Origin: a virus
Lineage: Duplodnaviria > Caudoviricetes
Length of the DNA: 36,139 bases
Direction: 5' to 3' (one strand)
IMG/VR virus record: IMGVR_UViG_3300012347_000089
Span: 1 to 36,139 of that record
Shown here: piece by piece, positions 18,447-25,507 of the stretch
How positions within the stretch are numbered: the stretch's first letter is position 1
How the letters are laid out: every line of letters begins with the position of its first letter
The notes under the pieces: model-generated
What the model was told of the DNA's origin: nothing
Databases searched by the model: none
What the model saw: only the letters and a program-made list of their open reading frames with translations
Position numbers and translations under genes: made by a program

Positions 18447-18482
18447 TAATAAACTCCGTTCTGTTTAACCGTTATTAAGAAT

Positions 18483-18533
18483 TAGGCAGGGTGATAACGG
18501 TAATCACCTTTTCGGTCTGCATAACCTAGCCTA
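18483..18533 (-). ncRNA. Three-way-junction RNA element (c4-antisense-like), copy B
   Basis: UAGGC-UA-GGUU(AUGCA)GACC-GAAAA-GGUGAU(UACCGUU)AUCACC-CU-GCCUA; loop complementary to AUAACGGU (18468-18475) and AACGG (18456-18460, overlapping the SD). Confidence 0.7.
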
Positions 18534-18538
18534 GATGT

Positions 18539-18567
18539 ATAATAATAGATAATTATACATCTCGCAA
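18539..18567 (-). promoter_or_regulatory. Sigma70 promoter for the replication operon
   Basis: TTGCGA-N17-TATTAT; predicted +1 falls at the 5' end of RNA copy B; overlapped by an 11-bp inverted repeat (18533-18562). Confidence 0.65.
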
Positions 18568-18906
18568 GTATTTCATTATTTCGGCAGCCGCTTGATCAAA
18601 TCCATAACAAACGATTGCTTTATATCCTAGCAAATTGGCTTGCTCTATAAAGTATGCTTGCTGATCAGATACTTTGCCTTTTGCGCTTTTCATCTCAATA
18701 AATAACCCGTGATACTTACCTATAGGCTGCATCAAAAATAAGTCTGCTACGCCAGCTAATACGCCTTCTGCCTGTAATTTCATTGCAGTAACAATATTTC
18801 TCTGCCCACCGTTAGGAATAGCAAACATAATCAGCTTTGGATATTGCATACGAAACCACTGGATTAGAGCCTTTTGCTCTTGATGTTCATTCTGCTGCAT
18901 AGCCAT
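18553..18906 (-). CDS. VRR-NUC domain nuclease (putative resolvase)
   Basis: EHQEQ..FAIPNGG.R...EGVLAGVADL...LFIEMK...GKVSDQQ. Confidence 0.88.
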   Translation of the reverse strand: MAMQQNEHQEQKALIQWFRMQYPKLIMFAIPNGGQRNIVTAMKLQAEGVLAGVADLFLMQPIGKYHGLFIEMKSAKGKVSDQQAYFIEQANLLGYKAIVCYGFDQAAAEIMKYLRDV

Positions 18907-18942
18907 ACCTTAAAATAATTTAAAAATAAATGTATAAAATGC

Positions 18943-18971
18943 TTGCTTTCGATTATACATTAGTTTAATCT
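18943..18971 (+). promoter_or_regulatory. Sigma70 promoter for the plus-strand early operon
   Basis: TTGCTT-N17-TAATCT in the AT-rich divergent gap. Confidence 0.6.
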
Positions 18972-19012
18972 TAACTCATGCGCGATTTGCGCTATTTAAT
19001 AAGGATACGAAA

Positions 19013-19234
19013 ATGAGTTTAGAAAGTCTTAATGTGAATGGCATCAATATGGATGTTTATTACACTTGTCACGTAGAGCGAGATCCGTTAGGAACTGGCG
19101 ATAGCCCAACTGAATACTATATCGATATTACCGAGATTGAAATTGGTGCAGATACACAAAATGTATATGAAATTCTGCCAGAGTATATTAAAGAGCAGAT
19201 CATCGATCAATTAATTCAAATTGAAAGTAACTAA
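19013..19234 (+). CDS. Acidic hypothetical early protein
   Basis: 73 aa, RBS AAGGA. Confidence 0.75.
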   Translation: MSLESLNVNGINMDVYYTCHVERDPLGTGDSPTEYYIDITEIEIGADTQNVYEILPEYIKEQIIDQLIQIESN

Positions 19235-19236
19235 TC

Positions 19237-19332
19237 ATGGAAAATCTAATTATCACTGTATTAGGCTTAATCATTGTTTTGGTAATACTTGGTATTGGTG
19301 AAATATTAGCAAAAATATTTGATTGGAAATAA
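19237..19332 (+). CDS. 31-aa single-pass membrane peptide (not in the ORF track)
   Basis: MENLIITVLGLIIVLVILGIGEILAKIFDWK; fills the operon gap. Confidence 0.6.
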   Translation: MENLIITVLGLIIVLVILGIGEILAKIFDWK

Positions 19333-19397
19333 TCATGTCACAGCAAGAATTTTACGAAACCGTGCAACGAGAGCAAGAATATTTAGAGGATACGAAA

Positions 19398-19988
19398 ATG
19401 AAAAATATAGCGACAGCATTAGTAAAAGCACAAAAAGATTTTGCACCAGCATTAAAAAGCAATAACAATCCATTCTTTAAAAGCAAATATGCAGATCTAT
19501 CTGTATGTATCGAATCAGTAATTGATTCATTGCACAATAACGGAATAGCATTAATTCAAAAAAATCACGATTGTGAAAACGGTATCAAAGTTGAAACAAT
19601 CCTACTTCACGAATCTGGTGAGCAATTTAGCGGCGGTATCTTGCACGTTCCAGCAATTAAAAACGATCCACAGGCTTACGGCAGCGCACTTACTTACGCA
19701 CGTAGATACAGTTTAATGGCTACTTGTGGTATTGCCCCAGAGGATGATGATGGCAATGCAGCAAGCAAGCCAAAAGAAGCCGCAGCACCTAAACAAGTTG
19801 AAACGCCTAAACCAATATCTTTAATCACAATGGATCAAGTTACTGAAATTCAAGACTTAGCTAACGATGCTGGTGTTGAATTATCTGCAATTTGCGCTGC
19901 TTGCAAAGTTGATTCATTAAATAAAATTCCATCTACGATGTTTGCAAGTGTAATCAAAAAACTTAATGCTAAATTTATTAAGGAATAA
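19398..19988 (+). CDS. erf: ERF-family single-strand annealing recombinase
   Basis: NPFFKSKYADL and QAYGSALTYARRYSLMATCGIAPEDDDG; start 19398 has RBS GAGGA (19335 also in frame). Confidence 0.92.
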   Translation: MKNIATALVKAQKDFAPALKSNNNPFFKSKYADLSVCIESVIDSLHNNGIALIQKNHDCENGIKVETILLHESGEQFSGGILHVPAIKNDPQAYGSALTYARRYSLMATCGIAPEDDDGNAASKPKEAAAPKQVETPKPISLITMDQVTEIQDLANDAGVELSAICAACKVDSLNKIPSTMFASVIKKLNAKFIKE

Positions 19989-19990
19989 TC

Positions 19991-20206
19991 ATGCAAAAAC
20001 AAACTGATCGCTTAATGGCTTATTTAGATAAAAATAAAACAATTACGCCAATGCAAGGATGGAATGATTTAGGTATCTATCGATTATCAGATACCGTTTA
20101 TAAATTACGCAAATCTGGCGTTGCAATATCTACTAGAGTGGCAACGGTTAAGAACCGTTTTAATGAATCTTGTCGAGTGGCTAAATATGTATTGGAGTGC
20201 AAATAA
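19991..20206 (+). CDS. Winged helix-turn-helix protein
   Basis: Q..RL..YL....ITP.Q....LGIYRLS..VY.LR.SG..I. Confidence 0.75.
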   Translation: MQKQTDRLMAYLDKNKTITPMQGWNDLGIYRLSDTVYKLRKSGVAISTRVATVKNRFNESCRVAKYVLECK

Positions 20207-20358
20207 TGGATGCTGTAATTTTTGTTAAAAACTTCTACGGTATGAAAGTAGCGCAAAGTAAACGTACTAAAGATTATTACAATGCACAGCGCGAAAAGTG
20301 TATCGAAACTCTAGGTAATAAATATTGTTTAGCTAACCCAGTAAAAAGGATTAAGTAA
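20206..20358 (+). CDS. 50-aa hypothetical protein (not in the ORF track)
   Basis: MDAVIFVKNF...LANPVKRIK; TAATG-coupled at both ends. Confidence 0.7.
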   Translation: MDAVIFVKNFYGMKVAQSKRTKDYYNAQREKCIETLGNKYCLANPVKRIK

Positions 20359-20474
20359 TGGATGCAATAACACAATTTTTAAAATGGATATTTGCGTTAT
20401 TAACAATTTTTGTTTTAGGCGTTATTAGCAAATTGTTAGCATCTATTTTTATGTTCGGCTGGAACTTATTTTAG
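20358..20474 (+). CDS. 38-aa membrane peptide (not in the ORF track)
   Basis: MDAITQFLKWIFALLTIFVLGVISKLLASIFMFGWNLF; TAATG coupling, RBS AAGGA. Confidence 0.65.
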   Translation: MDAITQFLKWIFALLTIFVLGVISKLLASIFMFGWNLF

Positions 20475-20483
20475 GATACGAAA

Positions 20484-20981
20484 ATGACCTCATTATATGA
20501 ATTAAGCAGTGAGTACAAATCAGTACAAACTAAATTACTGGAATCTGATTTTGATGAGCAAACTATCGCTGATACGTTAGAAAGTTTATCTGGTGATCTA
20601 GAATCTAAAGCAGTAAATGTAGCAATGTTTATTCGCAATGTTGAATCTACAGCAGAAGCAATTAAACAAGCTGAAAAAGATATGGCAGAACGCCGCAAGG
20701 TATTGGAAAAGAAAGCAGATAGCATACGCCAGTACCTAAAAGAGAATATGCAGCGATGTGGCATCACAAAAATTGAATCGCCATACTTTGCATTAACTCT
20801 TAAAAAGAATCCGCCAGCAGTGATTATTGACAATGCAGGGCAGATACCAGCAAGTTTATATGTTTACCCAGAAGCACCAGAGCCGTTCCCAGATAAAAAA
20901 GCAATTGCTGAAAAACTTAAATCTGGCGAGGAAGTATTAGGCGCACATTTAGAGCAGGCTGAACGTTTAGATATTAAATAA
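20484..20981 (+). CDS. Siphovirus Gp157-family protein
   Basis: [45 protein letters not shown]. Confidence 0.88.
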   Translation: MTSLYELSSEYKSVQTKLLESDFDEQTIADTLESLSGDLESKAVNVAMFIRNVESTAEAIKQAEKDMAERRKVLEKKADSIRQYLKENMQRCGITKIESPYFALTLKKNPPAVIIDNAGQIPASLYVYPEAPEPFPDKKAIAEKLKSGEEVLGAHLEQAERLDIK

Positions 20982-20991
20982 GGAAAATAAA

Positions 20992-21420
20992 ATGGCATCA
21001 GTAAATAAAGTAATCATTATCGGTAATGTAGGAAAAGATCCAGAAGTTAGATATATGCCTAATGGCGATGCAGTAGCAAACTTTAGTGTAGCTACTACTG
21101 ATATGTGGAAAGATAAGCAAGGCGAAAAGCAAGAGCGTACAGAGTGGCATCGCATTGTTTGTTACCGCAAACTTGCTGAAATTGCAGAATCATACGTAAA
21201 AAAAGGAACGCCTATTTATATTGAAGGGCATATCGCATCTAACGAATGGACTGATAAAGAAGGCATCAAACGCTTAACAACTAATATTGTGACAGAGCAG
21301 CTTAGATTGTTAGGCAGCAAAGGTGATAACAGTACGAATAATAGTGCTAAAGATAGTACGAATAATAGTGCTGCACCTTCTGGTGATTTTGATTCATTCG
21401 AGGATGATATTCCGTTTTAG
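20992..21420 (+). CDS. ssb: Single-stranded DNA-binding protein
   Basis: [21 protein letters not shown]...ERTEWHR...DDIPF. Confidence 0.97.
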   Translation: MASVNKVIIIGNVGKDPEVRYMPNGDAVANFSVATTDMWKDKQGEKQERTEWHRIVCYRKLAEIAESYVKKGTPIYIEGHIASNEWTDKEGIKRLTTNIVTEQLRLLGSKGDNSTNNSAKDSTNNSAAPSGDFDSFEDDIPF

Positions 21421-21425
21421 TTTAC

Positions 21426-21471
21426 GGGCGAAAGCGTTTACGGGGGTAGCCGTGAGTAGCCCACTTTTTTT
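21426..21471 (+). terminator. Intrinsic terminator-like structure after ssb
   Basis: GGGC-GAAAGCG-[UUUACGG/CCGUGAG]-UA-GCCC followed by a U7 tract. Confidence 0.55.
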
Positions 21472-21482
21472 GAGAGTTAATT

Positions 21483-21953
21483 ATGAATTGCGAAAGATTA
21501 TTAGAATTTGAAGCGCGTAAAGTTAAAGTATTTAACTTGCTAAAAGATAGATTTCTATCCGTTGCTGAAATTGCATTAGAAGCTGGAATCGAAAGAAGTA
21601 AAGCGCAGCACATAGTTACATCGTTAATGGCTAATCATCATTTACATAAAGCAAAACGTCAAGCAAGTGATCGAAAAACTGTTATCTGTTACAAGGCTAC
21701 CGATTATGAATACGTGGCTAAAGATGCAGAGCAGATCAAAAAATACATTAGTAACAGAGTTAAAAAAATGTCTGCTCTGGCACATTCTGTAGATGATGAT
21801 GTAACACCTAATTACATTGAAAAAGTAAACGATACTACTACTGTGTACAGATTACTAAGCAGAAAGCGTACAGAAGTAGAGCAAACAAAACCAAAACGAA
21901 AAACAGCATACAAAGGAATAGGATCATCTTTTGCGTTGTTTGATGGAGTTTAA
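21483..21953 (+). CDS. Hypothetical protein with probable N-terminal HTH
   Basis: LSVAEIALEAGIERSKAQHIVTSL. Confidence 0.6.
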   Translation: MNCERLLEFEARKVKVFNLLKDRFLSVAEIALEAGIERSKAQHIVTSLMANHHLHKAKRQASDRKTVICYKATDYEYVAKDAEQIKKYISNRVKKMSALAHSVDDDVTPNYIEKVNDTTTVYRLLSRKRTEVEQTKPKRKTAYKGIGSSFALFDGV

Positions 21954-21955
21954 CT

Positions 21956-22327
21956 ATGCTTAAATGGCTAGATTGTGAAGTACCTAATATTATTAAAGAA
22001 AGGTTAAAAATGACAGATCCAATTATTACAGAAACGTTTGCACCGTTAGAGCAATTAGGATTAGATAGCACACTTAATGAACGTGGCAATAGATACGGTA
22101 ATTTTGTAGGTCACGCACAAATTACACAGGAATTAAAAACTATTATCTCGTGGCATTTAAAAAATAGAGAAAAGATTTTACAGCCAGATCAACAAGAAGC
22201 ATTAGATATGATTTGCCATAAAATTGGCAGAATTATTAATGGTGATCCAGATTATGCTGATTCATGGCACGATATAGCTGGTTATGCTTCACTTGTAGAT
22301 AAACGATTAAATGGTGAGATTAAATAA
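21956..22327 (+). CDS. DUF6378-like phage protein
   Basis: LNERGNRYGNF...EALDMICHKIGRIINGDPDYADSWHDIAGYASLV; true start may be 22010. Confidence 0.75.
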   Translation: MLKWLDCEVPNIIKERLKMTDPIITETFAPLEQLGLDSTLNERGNRYGNFVGHAQITQELKTIISWHLKNREKILQPDQQEALDMICHKIGRIINGDPDYADSWHDIAGYASLVDKRLNGEIK

Positions 22328-22497
22328 TGGCAGCTACTAATGATATTACTGGCGATGCAATCCAATCACGTGGCTTATTAAGTAAAGAAGGTGAAGCTGC
22401 TTTTGATAGGATTTTTGGCGTTAAGGAACGTAAACAATACATTCCGCCACCACTTGAAATAAAAGATAAAGAATCAGAAAAGAAAGATAACGACTAG
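22327..22497 (+). CDS. 56-aa hypothetical protein (not in the ORF track)
   Basis: MAATNDITGDAIQSRGLLSKEGEAAFDRIFG...; TAATG coupling. Confidence 0.7.
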   Translation: MAATNDITGDAIQSRGLLSKEGEAAFDRIFGVKERKQYIPPPLEIKDKESEKKDND

Positions 22498-22499
22498 GC

Positions 22500-22550
22500 A
22501 AAAAAATCCCTACAGCTTTCCTCAATGTTAGCAGTTAAGAGGCTGTAGGG
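22500..22550 (-). terminator. Intrinsic terminator downstream of pqqA
   Basis: CCCUACAGC/GCUGUAGGG stem followed by AUUUUUUU. Confidence 0.65.
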
Positions 22551-22558
22551 TAAAAATT

Positions 22559-22590
22559 TGCTTACTGGAGATAAGTAAGCAGTTTTATAT
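22559..22590 (+). terminator. Intrinsic terminator ending the plus-strand operon
   Basis: UGCUUACU-GGAGAUA-AGUAAGCA followed by GUUUUAUAU. Confidence 0.55.
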
Positions 22591-22595
22591 TATCA

Positions 22596-22667
22596 CTACT
22601 TATTCATTACGTACATTGTTACTTCAAATCCAAAACGCATTTCAGTAGCAGCAGGTTTTGTCCACAT
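22596..22667 (-). CDS. pqqA: Pyrroloquinoline quinone precursor peptide PqqA (not in the ORF track)
   Basis: MWTKPAATEMRFGFEVTMYVMNK: W-x-K-P, R-x-G-F-E and the E-x-x-x-Y core; RBS GAAAGG; tandem stops TAG TGA. Confidence 0.97.
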   Translation of the reverse strand: MWTKPAATEMRFGFEVTMYVMNK

Positions 22668-22689
22668 GATGTAGCCTTTCATCAATACT

Positions 22690-22754
22690 AAGCAAGATTG
22701 CTTGTATATAATAATCTGCCTTTTATGCTACACAAACCATACGGATAATCATTA
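22690..22754 (-). promoter_or_regulatory. Candidate pqqA promoter region
   Basis: TTGTGT-N16-TATTAT (22735-22708); palindrome AAGCAA-GA-TTGCTT (22690-22703); box TACGGATAATCATTA just upstream of -35. Confidence 0.5.
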
Positions 22755-22760
22755 AATTAC

Positions 22761-22795
22761 AAAAGAAAAGCCCTATCACTGCAATGATAGGGCTT
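22761..22795 (-). terminator. Intrinsic terminator ending the late/lysis operon
   Basis: AAGCCCUAUCA/UGAUAGGGCUU 11-bp stem followed by UUCUUUU. Confidence 0.85.
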
Positions 22796-22931
22796 AGATA
22801 CGACTAAAGTCTTTTTGCGTATAAGGCAATTAAATAATAGCATTTATTGTCAAGTTTATACAATAGTATTGTAAAGTTTACTTTTTGCCTGTTTTGTAAA
22901 CTATAAGTAAATATACAGGCAAAAAATTAAA

Positions 22932-24092
22932 CTATTTGAGCATATCTGAATTGATTGTTAATCTGCTTACTTCGCCAAAATCTTTACTATATGTAATAAC
23001 TTTAGCATCACGCCCAGTAAGCCATCCGCCACGTGCAGCGTAAGCATCAGCAGGTGCTAACGTTCTATGCTGCTCTACTATCATTAAGTTGTTTTCTTTA
23101 ACATCTACGTGATGTAAATGCCCAGTATGTGCGTATGCGTATTTAGTTCTGCCAAACATCTCGCGGAATTGACCAGCAAACACTTCACTAACGTTAGCTA
23201 TTCTGCGCTTGTGACCATGATGGAAAAATAATGCAGTCTTACCAAACTCATAAGCATTATATGGATTAGGGCTTCTATCTACAGTGATTCTAGGTTCATT
23301 CTCAAACATGACAGCAAACCATTCGCGCAGCCAGATCTGTGATACTGGATCGTGATTAGCATCTGCCATAATTAAATGAACGTTTTGATGCTTTTGCAGC
23401 AGCATATTAATAATAGTGCGTAACACGCGTATAGCGCAGCGAACTACTTTAGCAAATCGTGTATCTACATCTAGTAAGTGTTTTGATGCTGGTGTTACTG
23501 CATCCATGCCATCAAAGTGCAGAAAGTCTGATAATTGTGCGAATACTGCTGTATTTGCATCTGGTGATTGGTGGATCGCTTGCTCAAACCATTTAATGAT
23601 AAGTTCCTCACCTATTTTTAAATCCCAATTATCGCCAGTTTCCTCATCCCATGAAAGCATACCAAGATGATAATCTGTAACCACATAACAATTTAGTAGA
23701 TTATCTTTACCTAAAGGTGGTGCTGCGGTTAAAGATACACGGGGTATTTCGTCTTTAAATCCTTCGATGGCATCCAACATCATCGCTTGAAATTTATTAT
23801 CGTCTAAGCGCGTTTTTAGCCATTGTAATCTAGGCTTACCATCTGCATCGTATAAAGTTGAAGTACCGCGAACTACAAAAGGATCTGGAACGATATTTAT
23901 CATATCGTGTTCTGGTGAAAAGCCCTGTGTTGCAGCTTTACGTTTTACGTTCTTGATTGCATCTTGAATAGTAGATTTATTGAGATTGAGCATTGCTGCT
24001 GCTGCTCTGATACCGCCATGTTCATTAACCGCATCTATTAATTCAGCTTGTCTAGCGGTAGCAAACTCTTTAAGCCCTATATCTATGATCAT
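22932..24092 (-). CDS. Calcineurin-like metallophosphoesterase with N-terminal HTH
   Basis: TDYHLG, SDFLH, ANHD, HHGH and GHLH motifs; GGIRAAAAMLNLNKSTIQDAI HTH. Confidence 0.8.
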   Translation of the reverse strand: MIIDIGLKEFATARQAELIDAVNEHGGIRAAAAMLNLNKSTIQDAIKNVKRKAATQGFSPEHDMINIVPDPFVVRGTSTLYDADGKPRLQWLKTRLDDNKFQAMMLDAIEGFKDEIPRVSLTAAPPLGKDNLLNCYVVTDYHLGMLSWDEETGDNWDLKIGEELIIKWFEQAIHQSPDANTAVFAQLSDFLHFDGMDAVTPASKHLLDVDTRFAKVVRCAIRVLRTIINMLLQKHQNVHLIMADANHDPVSQIWLREWFAVMFENEPRITVDRSPNPYNAYEFGKTALFFHHGHKRRIANVSEVFAGQFREMFGRTKYAYAHTGHLHHVDVKENNLMIVEQHRTLAPADAYAARGGWLTGRDAKVITYSKDFGEVSRLTINSDMLK

Positions 24093-24280
24093 TGCTGGTT
24101 TTCCAATGCTTGTATGTAAGTGCCTAGTTTAACAGCATTTTCTTTATCCAAGCAAATACCGCCATCAATCTGGCTATTAACCACTAATTTCGGTTTAGGG
24201 GGTTTTGTCTTTATTTGATTCGTCTGGCAAGCCGTCAAAATGATTAGCAAACCAATCAGCAGGATTAGCTTCGAGTGCAT
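24089..24280 (-). CDS. Outer-membrane lipoprotein spanin (Rz1-like)
   Basis: MHSKLILLIGLLIILTAC lipobox, Pro-rich; overlaps the preceding ORF in another frame. Confidence 0.7.
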   Translation of the reverse strand: MHSKLILLIGLLIILTACQTNQIKTKPPKPKLVVNSQIDGGICLDKENAVKLGTYIQALENQQ

Positions 24281-24374
24281 CGAGTTCCCTTTGAGCCTTA
24301 CGCTGCTTGAGTACGGCAGCATAAGACTGTACGAGTGTTAATAATTTATCTAATAAAGATAAAAAAGAGATCAT
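24195..24374 (-). CDS. Inner-membrane spanin candidate (Rz-like, 59 aa; not in the ORF track)
   Basis: MISFLSLLDKLLTLVQSYAAVLKQRKAQRELDALEANP...; ATGA-coupled to the holin, overlaps the o-spanin. Confidence 0.6.
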   Translation of the reverse strand: MISFLSLLDKLLTLVQSYAAVLKQRKAQRELDALEANPADWFANHFDGLPDESNKDKTP

Positions 24375-24541
24375 TTTTTATCGGCTGTAAATACGCCAAT
24401 GATACCAATAACAGCTAAACCTAATGCTACGATAGCATCAGCTTGTGCTGGTGAAATTGCAACGCCACAAGCTGTAGCAATAGCTACTAAGCCGCGCCAT
24501 GTTGAAGCCTCTTTACCACGTGCTAGGATCAATTCTTTCAT
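24371..24541 (-). CDS. Holin (56 aa, two hydrophobic segments; not in the ORF track)
   Basis: MKELILARGKEASTWRGLVAIATACGVAISPAQADAIVALGLAVIGIIGVFTADKK; ATGA-coupled to the endolysin. Confidence 0.8.
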   Translation of the reverse strand: MKELILARGKEASTWRGLVAIATACGVAISPAQADAIVALGLAVIGIIGVFTADKK

Positions 24542-24966
24542 ATTGTTTTACCTTTCTGAAAATCTTGCAAAGTTAAACCGCCAGTATATTGGCAATGCGC
24601 CAATTCTTTAAATTTTTTCCAACGCCCTGCCCATTCTAAGCCGCACTGTTCTGCAATAACACCGCATACATTAAACAACGCAACATCATTCCAAACTGCT
24701 TTACCATTCACAATAGGCACAAAATCAAAAGCTACTTTGTAGTTATGGAACGATTGACCAGCTTTTGCATTGGTAACAATCTTACCTGCTGCCGTTCTGC
24801 CTTGTGCATATAGCGCATTTTGTGATTCAAAATCACGATATGTGCTAGTAATCAAAATATCAATGCCAGCAGCTTTACAGGTATCTATAAACTTTTTGCA
24901 CAATATTGATACTTTTGGATTTAAATCAGAGATATTACGAGAGTTAATCATTGGTTTTAGGTTCAA
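24538..24966 (-). CDS. Endolysin, peptidase M15 (L-Ala-D-Glu endopeptidase type)
   Basis: TYRDFESQNALYAQGRT..VTNAKAGQSFHNY.VAFD...LEWAGRW..FKELAHCQ; start may be 24951. Confidence 0.92.
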   Translation of the reverse strand: MNLKPMINSRNISDLNPKVSILCKKFIDTCKAAGIDILITSTYRDFESQNALYAQGRTAAGKIVTNAKAGQSFHNYKVAFDFVPIVNGKAVWNDVALFNVCGVIAEQCGLEWAGRWKKFKELAHCQYTGGLTLQDFQKGKTI

Positions 24967-25147
24967 AGTTGATCTGCATGGTTAATCCAGTTTCCTTTTC
25001 GTAAACGCATACTTCTGAATTGTCATCTAATACTATGACTAATTCACCGTTAAATACGCCTACTTGTATGATCTCTTTACCGATCATGTGTTCAAAGTAA
25101 TCTTGTATTGTGCCTCTAAGTTTGTGTACTGTCATTTTGAGTACCAA
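24944..25147 (-). CDS. Hypothetical protein
   Basis: 63-67 aa overlapping its neighbours. Confidence 0.6.
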   Translation of the reverse strand: MVLKMTVHKLRGTIQDYFEHMIGKEIIQVGVFNGELVIVLDDNSEVCVYEKETGLTMQINFEPKTND

Positions 25148-25289
25148 TCACTTCATCTATTAACTTATGATTAATTTCAAATTCAGCTAGGCATGAATCG
25201 CAAGTATCCTCGTTACCTTGCTCATTCATAATAAAAGCATGACGGCAATGTTTACAAAGGATAATTTTATTAATGAATGATTGCTTCAT
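25116..25289 (-). CDS. 57-aa zinc-ribbon protein (not in the ORF track)
   Basis: CKHC...CDSC; ATGA overlap with the upstream gene. Confidence 0.65.
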   Translation of the reverse strand: MKQSFINKIILCKHCRHAFIMNEQGNEDTCDSCLAEFEINHKLIDEVIGTQNDSTQT

Positions 25290-25492
25290 TTATGAAAGAA
25301 AACACTTGCCAAAAAACCAACGAAACCGCTTACGCCACTTGTGATAGCCATACCCATCCAAAAACCGCCCTTTGATTTGTTAGCTAATTCTAGTAAGGCT
25401 TTAATATCTTGATCCATCGATGTAATGCGTTCACCCATTATATCGACTTTAGAAATTAGCTTACCGTACTCGACTGGATCAATCTCACTCAT
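25286..25492 (-). CDS. Coiled-coil protein with C-terminal TM helix (lysis-associated)
   Basis: IDPVEYGKL...LLELANKSKGGFW followed by a hydrophobic tail. Confidence 0.65.
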   Translation of the reverse strand: MSEIDPVEYGKLISKVDIMGERITSMDQDIKALLELANKSKGGFWMGMAITSGVSGFVGFLASVFFHK

Positions 25493-25507
25493 GGCGCGTT
25501 CCCGTTA

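Noticed and set aside
21331-21372. 18-bp direct repeat AGTACGAATAATAGTGCT with a 24-bp period
   Set aside because: In-frame duplication in the disordered SSB linker; two copies only, not a CRISPR array
22932-24092. Metallo-enzyme upstream of pqqA as PqqB
   Set aside because: Motifs are calcineurin-like rather than metallo-beta-lactamase, and a terminator separates it from pqqA
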